From Mytilus edulis (Eukaryota): a DNA stretch of 64,000 bases. Under the pieces are notes generated by a model that had not been told where the DNA came from, did not search any database, and saw only the letters and a program-made list of their open reading frames with translations. Positions 54,526 to 64,000 of this stretch are shown here, in pieces (the first letter of the stretch is position 1; every line of letters begins with the position of its first letter). Position numbers and translations under genes: made by a program. The stretch spans positions 39,184,001-39,248,000 of the forward strand of contig NC_092355.1 in NCBI RefSeq assembly GCF_963676685.1, in the 5' to 3' direction.

Positions 54526-55716
54526 TTAACGTCCAGATAGAAATATTTGATGCATATTAAGGGTTAAATAACCGTATTTAAATGTCCTTGTCAATTCTCA
54601 AAGTTTGTTCACAGTGTAATATAATCTTTGAAAAAATTTAATTACCTTTCTGAACTCGGTGAGATTTTTAGAACCTTAACATATCGTATAGAAACTTGTA
54701 AAGCAATATTATTTTACATCATTTTTTGTCGATATTAATTGTTATACTCATTCAATAGCAATTCTGATAAAACAAAACAAGCATCTTTGATTGTCTCTTT
54801 TAAATTTCGTTTATATTTTCTGGTCTCGATACGGCTAGTATCAAGATATATTACATAGACACTTAATTATCATGTGGATATCTCTTTAATTGCATCGATA
54901 CTATTTCATTTAGATTGCGAAATAATATCAACCCAGTCACGTTTAAAAACACGTTAGGATTGGGTGCTCCAAATGGGAACTCAAAACAGCACTTATTTTT
55001 TATGATATTCAATCATTTAACATCAGTTTAAAAGTTATAATATGAAAGTATTGGAAATCGGTCAAATCTTAATTGCGTTGAGTTGGTAATTTGTTTTCAT
55101 GGATGATTGAATTTAATTTTTAATAAATATATAAACAATTCTGTAAATATGACCTTATTACGATTATAAAAGAAGAAAGACCATCAAAGTCTGTGTTGTT
55201 TCTTGAGTTTTAATATCAAAATTGAACGTACCTGCCGTTTATTTAAGCAATATGTTTTATCTAATCTAACGTTAATTGAAGTTTAACAATCGTAAGTGGT
55301 TGAACGTGTAGTCTATTAGAAATAAATCGGTGAAATGAGTGGGATGGCAATGCAGCTTTAACACATCAGAAAACGTTTGATACAGAGTTTGTTAGATAGG
55401 TTGGATTGAAAAAAGCATATAAGCAATCTGTCAACCATGTTTAGTACGGAAACATGTATCTTGTATTAATTTTCACTTTACTTTATACTGTGCGGATAAG
55501 TAAATGAAGTGTTTGACGTGCTACTTCAGAAGTCAAAAGTTCACAGAAACGATTCCCCCACTTAGACTTTTGAGAACTAAATATTGTGTGTAATCAGACG
55601 AAGCACATTTACAAACACGAGATCACAAAGTACCGTAGTTCATATATATTAGCACTTCACAGCAGTGCTGGCAGTTGTCATACTAGAGTTATAGCTATAT
55701 CATCACGTTGTATGTA

Positions 55717-55998
55717 CACAACAGCCCCTGTGGATTTTGCCTTTTCCACCTGCCCACCGTGGGCAGCCAACCCGTGCCCACTCTAGCTATAATCTCTTTT
55801 TTTTGTAAAAATATTGATTACAAATGCTTATCTGCTTTTTTAAGTGATTGTACTTGCAAGTCTTAGATTAAACAAAAGAAATTGCATTCCAACTCCTAGG
55901 GGAGGGGCACTGAGTGGACAAGGTATAAATTGTGCCAACCCAGTACCCACTCCCATGGTGGGCCGGTGGACAAAGCAAAATCCAACCGAGCTGTAGTG
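55717..55998. mobile_element. CACTA/CMC-type MITE with TA TSD
   Basis: CACAACAG...CTGTAGTG termini (the right end reads CACTACAG in reverse), ~47-bp imperfect GC-rich TIRs, TA on both sides; empty site at paralog ~54015. Confidence 0.8.
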
Positions 55999-58900
55999 TA
56001 TGTTTTCCTTTCCTCAAAACACATTTATAACATTTTATTATTCTCTCCAAAAGAATTCATTCTCCTTTCTCATAATGTGTTTTTATTGTGCCAATACTAT
56101 ACTTTGTTCATTGTCGTGTACGTACTTTTTGTTTAGATAAGAACTTACACTCGTCTTCGATGAAATGGTTTGATTTAATACTGATACTGATATGCATAGT
56201 TCTAATAGCATTTCGGCATTGAGAATCATGAACCGTTATTTTTTGCAATCTTTTTTACTTAACTTTCAGATAGACAAACGTGATGCATATTAATGGCTTG
56301 AAACCCATATCTAGATGTCCTTGCAAAACCTTAGAGTGTGTTCACAGCGTGAAAACATCTTTTGACAATATTTTGTTTTTCTATATCTTATGTACTGCGT
56401 GAAGTTTTTAAAAAAAACTGAACAAATCTTATAAACATTTATACTACATAAGTATGTCACATCAAATGTTTCGATACCAATATTTTTTTCTCATTCAATA
56501 GCATTTCTGATAAAAAAAAATTAAAAAAAAAGCATCTTTTTCCTATCTCTTTCAATTTTCTTTTAAACTTTCTACCTTCGATACGATACCTTTTCATTTA
56601 GATTGCGAAATAATATCAACCCTGTCACGTTTAAAAACATTCTATGATTGGGTGCTCCAAATGCGAACTCAAAACAGCACTTACAATGTATTATTTTTTA
56701 TGATATTCAATCATTTAACATAAGTTCAAAAGTTATAATATTAAAGTATTGGAAATACGTCAAATATAATTCTTAATTGAGTTGAGTTGGTAAAAATGTA
56801 ATTTATTTTCATGGATGAATGAGTTTAAAAATTTTGAATAAATATTTAAACACTTCTGTAAATATCACCTTATTACGATTATAAAAAATAGAAAGACCAT
56901 CAAAGTCTGTGTTGTTCCTTGAATTTTAATATCATAATTAAACGTATCTGCCAGTTATGTAAGGAATTTGTTTTATCTAATTATTACGTTAATTGAAATT
57001 TCACAATCTTAAGTGGTTGAACGTGCAGTCTATTAAAATAAATCGGTGAAAAGAGTGGCTTATACCCATAACAAAACGTTAGATACAGAGTGTGTTAGAG
57101 AGGTTATATTGATAGATGCATAAAGGTAATTTGTCAACCATATTTAAAACGAGAATATGTATATTATATCAATTTTCATTTTACTTTATACTGTACTGAG
57201 AAATGTTGTACATCTATAATTTTATAAAAAAATTTTGGCCTCGGAACGTCTATGATCATGACATATTGCAAAAACATCAATATTTCATGTGAACATCTCT
57301 TAAATTGAATCAATGTTGTTTATTAAGATTGATAATGATATATCAACACTGCCACCTTTATTAACATGTGAAAAAAATGGATACGTATAATTGGAACTCA
57401 AACACACTAAAAATTGTTTCAATTATTCAATAAGAAAATTATTTAACATATTAAGTTCAAAAAGTCTTTGTGCGATAGTGATTTAAATGGGTCAAATCTT
57501 AACTTTAATTGCGTCGAGTGGGTACTTTTATCTTCGTATGAATTAATTCAGTTTTGATAAAATATTCAAAAGCTTCAATTTCTGACCTAATTAAATTGAA
57601 GTTTGTATAGTCTATGTTATTTCCTTTACTTGACTTTTCTATGATCACAATTGGTATGACATTGTACTTGGTTTTTGGTTTTTTTTCATCGAATAGACTT
57701 AAAACAGCATTTAGGTCCGTGTTATTTCGTTCAATTGCTACGTAAATTGAAATCTTGCGATCTGAAATGTATTCCAGTAGCCGTCTACCAAAAACGGTGA
57801 AGAGAATGGGAAAACAAATACGCATGTAGGGTTGACAATAACCAATTAGATACAGAGTTTGTTAAAGGTGGGTGGGATGATAAACATGAAACTGCATATG
57901 GCATTTTTTTCAACCATTTTTAGGACGTGACTATGTAGTTGGTGTTTCAATATAAACTTTACTTTGTACCAAGCGGACAAGTGAATCGAATGTTTGACGT
58001 TCTAGTTCAGACAGCAACAGTCAACAAAAGACATTACTTTTTTTAGTATTGATCAGTTTGGCTAATAACTCTGCTCTTATTAACATTTGGATTTTGGTTA
58101 GCACTCGTAAACTCAATTGGATTTTATTTATTTCACCTTATGGGTTTTTGTTGTTTCAGTAGCTTAGATTTGTTTAAAGTGTTCATGTAAGCACTTTTTG
58201 TTAAGATAACAATTTATATTTGTCCCTGATGAACTCTTTTGACTTATTACTGGTACTGACGTAGTTCTAAAAGCATTTTGGCAATGATCAACCAGCAACC
58301 GTTATTTTAATTTGTTTTTACTTTTTTTTCACTTATCGTCCAGAAATGCTAATTGCATATTTAATTAGGAACTTGATAACCATATTAAGGGCTTGATAAC
58401 CATATATGAATGTCCTTGCCAACCCCCTTGTGTGTTCGCAGTGTAAAAATTTATTTGTTAAGATTGTTTTCGTTATCTTTCTAGACTCAGTGGGATTTTA
58501 AAAACCTTAAAATATCTTACATCTTATCTTACTTATACTACATTAGAATGTCGCATCAAATGGTTCGATACCAATTTTGTTTCTCAATCAATAGCAATGT
58601 CAATCTGATTTTCAATTGCATAGAGTAAGTACTTCTAATTGCATTGATGATTGAATTGGATTTTAAATCTTTACAAAAATTATAGTAAAAAAAAAAAAAG
58701 AAAAACGCTCAAAGTCTGTGTTGTTTCTTGAACTTTTAAAAATATCATAATTGAACGTACCTGCCGTTTATTTAAGAAATAGTCTTTATCTAATTATTAC
58801 GTCAATTAAAGTTTCACAATATGTTAAGTGGTTCAACGTGCAGTCTATTAGAAATATATCGGTGAAAAGAGTGGGATAGCAATGCAGCTTTTACACCTTT

Positions 58901-61091
58901 TAAAAAGTTAGATACATATTTTGTTAAAAGAGGTGGATTCATAGATGAACATACGCAATCTCTCAATCGTATTAAGTACGTGTGCGGACAAGTGAATAGC
59001 GTGTTGACGTGCTACTTTAGAAGGCCAATAGTCCACAGAAAAACGACTCTTTTTACATTTATTTTTATTTTTACAGATTGCTCTTTCATTTGAAATATGG
59101 CTCAAAAGCTTCATAGTTTATAGAGCTTAAATCAGTCATGGAATGAAAACAAATGCGCAAAAAACAATTGCCCATCCAATCCAATCAACACATACTAGTA
59201 CTACAGCAACTACAATCGTACAATAGCAACACAGGTTACATCAATATAACCTAACTTAAATCCATATTAGCTGAGGAAGATTGACTTCTCCTTTCATTAG
59301 TTAAATAATTAATGATACATTTAATAAACGTGCAACAAAAACAGTTGTTAAAATAATTGTATGTTATCAGTATAATAGCCATCAAATCCATAGATCCATA
59401 TAAAACAAGACTAAATAATGCGTCTACGCTTTCACGATATCCGATGATAATGATAGTAAGCAACTGTGAACTTTACATGTTGTGCTACATCCTTTAGCAG
59501 AGCTGTACTGTGGAACTGGTTGCATACAGCCACGTTCTGATGATCAGGCCTTCAAGGCATAAAACTTTGCTCAGTGCTCTGAGCACACAAATCATGGTCG
59601 AAACATGAAATCCAGCAATTTGATTTTCGAGTCTGAGTACAAAAAAACATGCTCGAAAGTTTGATGACCGTGAGGCCAGGTAGACAGTCACACGGCATGC
59701 CTATAAAACATTGCAGAGCGAACAGCACAGATAGTAAGGTGTGCTTCGCAGCAATAATCTCGAGCTGACTGACAAGATGGAAGAACAAATGTTTACGATG
59801 TAGAAATAAATATCTTTTTTATGTCGATTGTTAAAAAAAAGGCCAGGTATATTACCCGAGAACCTTGATTTATAAAATTTGTTGACCAATAAACGGTGAG
59901 GAATTTGAAGCCTTTTTAGAGGATCTAAATGTCTTGCAATTAAAAATTACGATATAGAAGTGCACAGTTCTTACAGTCATGAATTATTGTGTGTGTTAGG
60001 ATGGTGGTTAACTTAAAAGTTGTTTCTAATCCCATAAGCATATCGAACATTAAAACATGTGTCTTTTTGGCAGTCTCTGTTAACTCTAAAACACTTTCTG
60101 GCCTTGGAACATCTATGATATGGCAAAATATAAAAACATCAATATTTCATGTGAACTGCTCTTTAATTGAATTAATTTTGTTTATTCAGATTGCTAGAAT
60201 ATAACAACATTGCCACGTTTATAAACATGTGAAAAATCAGATGAATATAATGGATCCATACCACACATTGTTTAAATTATTCAATAAGAAAATCATTTAA
60301 CATAGTAAGTTCAAAAAGTCAGTGTGCGATAGTGTCTGAAATGGGTCAAATCTGATATTTAATTGCGTCGAGTGGGTAATACTATCTTTACTTGTGAATG
60401 ATTAAATTCAATTTTGAATTTGTTTTGTTAAACTTTATTAAATGACCTAAATACAATTATAAGATATATACAGAACAGCTTTGTGGTCTATATTATTTCT
60501 TTTTACTTCAGTTTCATTATGATCATAATTGATATTTCATGTTGTTTATTTTAAAAATAGACTTAGAACAGCATTTGAAGTCTGCGTTGTTTCATCCTAC
60601 GTTTGTGGAAATTTCACGATTTTAAATTGTTTGCACTAGACGTCTACTTAGATATATCAGTGAATATGATAACAATAAAACATGCAGGGTTTACACCTAA
60701 GAACCGGTTAGATACAATGTTTGTTAAATGTTGATGGATTGATAAATGTGTAATTGCATATAGACAATTTTGTTTAGCAAAAGAATATGTAGTTGGTTTA
60801 TCTTTGTACAAAGTGGACAGGTAAATCGAACGATTGGCATGCTAGTTCAAAGGGCAACAGTCAACAAAAGACTACTTTTTTTTTTAGATTTTAACATTTT
60901 GACTGACTGCTCTGCTCCTACTCACAATTGCAATTCGATTACCAATTATAATATCCATACATTATATCGCCCTAGGTTTAAAGAACAACCGCATCCCCTC
61001 AACACACAAAAGTCAACAACCACCGTACTAAAGTCAAGCGGATAACAACAACATATTAATTCCCCTAACCCACTATTTATTTCTTTAAAAA

Positions 61092-61466
61092 ATGTCCTGT
61101 ACCAAGTCAGGAATATGGTCATTGTTATATTATAGTTCGTTTCTGTGTGTGTTACATTTTAACGTTGTGTTTCTTTTGTGTCGTTTGTTTTCCCTTATAT
61201 TTGAGTGTGAATTCACATTATTATAAGACGTGTCAAAGTACTTTTCTATCCCAAATTCATGCATTTAGTTTTGATGTTATATTTGTTATTCGCATCGGAT
61301 TTTGCCTAATGCTTAGTTCGTTTCTGTGTGGGTTACATTTTAATGTTGTGTCGTCATTTTCTTGTATTTAATGCGTTTCCCTCGGTTTTGGTTTATGACC
61401 GGGATTTGTTTTTGTCTATCGTTTTATGAGTTATTGGACATCGGTATACTACTGTTGCCTTTATTT
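61092..61466 (-). repeat. Copy of the 34718-35090 element segment
   Basis: Reverse complement match including ATAAAGGCAACAGTAGTATACCG and CCTGACTTGGTACAGG. Confidence 0.85.
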
Positions 61467-61499
61467 AGCTGTAACTGAAACATATATTTGATTACTTTT

Positions 61500-61750
61500 A
61501 ATCAAAAATATGTAAATTTTGATACACTTAATTTTACTGATAAACTCATGATTATACTTAATCCATTAACACCAAATGATGTAAAAGCAGTTGTTTCTTT
61601 TATTAAAGAGTCATAAGAACTGAGGAAAGGAGACCAATAACTGTTTTTATCATATCTATTATAATATTGTCGAGTTTTCATTATGTTTGTTTTGTCTATG
61701 TATTTGCCATTACCAAAACTGGTTTTTGTTTGTTTTGCAAATAAAGAATT
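61500..61750 (+). mobile_element. 3' end of the same LINE family as 5761-7230
   Basis: Translates as QKYVNFDTLNFTDKLMIILNPLTPNDVKAVVSFIKES*ELRKGDQ*; reverse-complement match to 5761-6010; AATAAA at 61740. Confidence 0.85.
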
Positions 61751-62261
61751 ATTTAATATTGAGCCTTCCTTTTTATTATGAAAGATCCATTACATGATCA
61801 AGCAACACAAATTAGTTATATCATCTAAAAACTGAATATATGATATCAGTTTAATACATGCAATTACAACACAGATTATGGTAAAACTAGACTTATTTAT
61901 AAATGCACGCTTTTAAGATTAACAGAAGTTCCGACGTACTTATCTTGCTGGTTTATACAGCGGCTGTACTTTAGAGTAGATTTCATGAACGGTACACTCG
62001 TCAGGTATAAATAACTTAATTGACTGAAAACCATTGAACAGACAGAACGAACAGCACATAGAACTAACTGACTTGAGCAGAAATGGTACCGAACTGCCTT
62101 ATAAGATAAACATTCACATGTTAACGTTGTAGACAAAGTTATCCTTCCGTTTTGAAAGTCGGCAGGTAATAATATACTAAGGGGCAGCATATTACATAAA
62201 ACTTTGATATATATATATATAATTGATTTACAACTAACCAATGACCAATACAAAATCCTTT

Positions 62262-62540
62262 TTATCAAAGGTACCAGGATTATAATTTTGTACGCCAGAC
62301 GCGTGTTTCGTCTACATAAGACTCATCAGTGACGCTCATATCAAAATAATTATAAAGCCAAACAAGTACAAAGTTGAAGAGCATTGAGGATCCAAAATTC
62401 CAAAAAGTTGTGCCAAATACGGCTAAGGTAATCTATGCCTGGGATAAGAAAATCCTTAGTTTTTTCAAAAATTCAAAATTTGGGAAACAGGAAATTTATA
62501 AAAATGACCACATTATTGATATTCATGTCAACACCGAAGT
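62262..62540 (-). mobile_element. Retrozyme (non-LTR, hammerhead-bearing) partial monomer
   Basis: Contains the hammerhead listed below; the body is shared with 35270-35530 and 32704-32805. Confidence 0.8.
62291..62337 (-). ncRNA. Type-I hammerhead ribozyme, catalytic core intact
   Basis: Minus: GA GCGUCA CUGAUGA GUCU UAUGU AGAC GAA AC ACGC GU C/ UGGCGU A. Stem I 6 bp (2 G-U), stem II 4 bp, minimal stem III; GUC cleavage triplet with cut between 62298 and 62297. Confidence 0.88.
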
Positions 62541-63639
62541 TATAAGATTTATTGGGGATAAATGATTATGAGATAGAAAGAAATATGTGTTAAATTTGAA
62601 TAGAAAGAAGATAAAGTACATATAAGTGTGTCTTTTTTCTCCAAAATAATTGTTTAAAACCAGAGGTTTAATATATCTAATGATGCAACATCAGTGAGTC
62701 TCAGACGAATTTAACATATAAAATTAATAGCTTGCCATGGAAAACACGTGCGATTTATCTGGATTGGCAACTTCGTTAAAGCGTTGTCCCGTACTCTATG
62801 TACACATTGAATGCTTCCGAAAGTATAGGGAAAGAAGTTAATTGTGCATACGCGTGCACAAAAGGTAACGCATCTCATATACATGTTTCATTGCACTTCA
62901 TAATTGTTTTGTCAGTTTGACTACTACATGTAGTAGTACAGCTTTATGACAACTTTGTGTGTATATGTATGTTTCTATACTTTAATTCAAAGTTTGTTTT
63001 TCATGCCACAAAAAATGGGCGAAAGTTACCAGTGGGACAGTCTAACTCATAGATCGAATAAACACAGAAACAATAGAAACAATTACATTCTCTCGTTAAT
63101 CATACTTTATGATTCTTTTCTGACCAGTTCATTGTTTTTTATTTGTCATTACGGATTTCTTTTGTTCCTGCAGCATACTTTTGTTTTGAAATGTTCCTGT
63201 AAGTACTTTGTTATTGTGATAAAAACGTTTACCCTTGATTAATGTAGTTTATTCAGCATTCCGATAGTGATTTATCATGAACCGTTATTGGTTTGTTATT
63301 AGTTTGTTTTGTTCATTGACCGTCCAGATGGGAATTTTTATGCATATTCAGGGACAAAACAATAAACTAATAATGTACGTTCTGTCAAGTAAGTCGAATG
63401 GGATTGAGATAGGGAAATCTAATTTGTTTTTTGAAAAAGAGATGATATGTTAAACAAGGCCATGCAGGTATTGCACTTTTTAATATATTGGTGAGTTATA
63501 TAGCATTACAATTGCTATATAAGGACATTGCATGACACTTCCTCATTCTGACCGGACCTGAAACATTTTTGATAACATTATTTTGTTTCTAGAATCGCTG
63601 CGATTTTTAAAGATTAACATATTTTATAGATACTTATAA

Positions 63640-63890
63640 TACATTATAATTGAATATGGAAAAGGGAATGTGTAAAATTGAGAAAAATTCGACCAAAAAG
63701 CAGAAAAACAGTTCAATGCCACCAATGGGTATTGAATGGGTATTGAAGGCTGCGAGAAAATCCAGCGTACAGCTATTTTCTTCACAACAATATATACTAG
63801 TTCAGCGAAATATGCGCCACACTGAACTCCAAAATATACCAAAGACACAAAACTTACCAAAAGCCAGAGATTCTTAACTTGCCCTGATTT
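63640..63890 (-). repeat. Interspersed repeat family C (diverged)
   Basis: Reverse complement similarity to 37578-37781 (ATAATTGAATATGGAAAAGGGAATGTGT..CCACCAATGGGT..ATATACTAGT). Confidence 0.7.
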
Positions 63891-64000
63891 AAACAAGTCT
63901 TGTGAGATTCGGCCATCCCCTATATCTGTAGGTAATGTGGAATGCTAAACAAGAATACAGCAATATGCACAGTAAAATTCAGTTAAAAAAAGCTAAGTCC

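Larger units (their letters stand above)
52690..60900 (+). repeat. Degenerate tandem array of ~0.8-kb subunits / ~1.7-kb units (about 6 partial copies)
   Basis: Recurring anchors GTGAACATCTCT (52816, 57289, 60151), AGATTGCGAAATAATATCAACCC (54912, 56600), AAAGTCTGTGTTGTT (55186, 56902, 58711), GATACAGAG (55379, 57082, 57849), AGCACTTCACAG (53952, 55651); a further fragment lies at ~63140-63360. Confidence 0.85.

Noticed and set aside
57505-57825. 106-aa protein-like minus-strand ORF
   Set aside because: It lies within an array subunit, the paralog at ~60360-60690 has frame-breaking indels, and no domain is recognisable.
5761-61750. ~250-bp inverted repeat (5761-6010 vs 61500-61750) suggesting a 56-kb giant transposon
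   Set aside because: Both arms are 3' ends of the same LINE family (ORF2 C-terminus, UTR, polyA signal). The left copy continues as LINE sequence, and no TSD is visible.
61897-62268. 123-aa minus-strand ORF next to the retrozyme
   Set aside because: Non-ATG start inside the repeat edge, spans a TA microsatellite, and has no recognisable motif.

Overview
AT-rich eukaryotic DNA with no confidently supportable host protein-coding gene, rRNA, tRNA or CRISPR. The repeat complement (Penelope-like/Naiad RT tails, hammerhead-bearing retrozyme repeats, a Helentron-type HINE, many MITEs) points to a bivalve, most likely a Mytilus mussel; this is inferred from recalled repeat families, not from a search. 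The window is a mosaic of transposon debris laid over several old tandem segmental duplications: four units across ~13-42 kb, a ~1.4-kb pair at ~47.9-50.6 kb, and a ~0.8/1.7-kb array at ~52.7-60.9 kb. Most notable: (1) one apparently intact type-I hammerhead ribozyme (62291-62337, minus) plus about ten decayed hammerhead/retrozyme copies, including decayed arrays inside each large duplication unit; (2) two sequence-unrelated element families sharing one architecture (long hairpin capped by GC-GNA-GC, inner inverted repeats, TGACGTCA- and CCAAT-like motifs, no long TSD), with an empty paralogous site inside the window; (3) a 3.0-kb TTAA-flanked TIR element that splits a Penelope-like fragment; (4) short islands far better conserved between old duplicates than the neighbouring dead transposon DNA, which are candidate enhancers or ncRNAs. 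All identities were estimated by eye, and the boundaries of decayed repeats are approximate.
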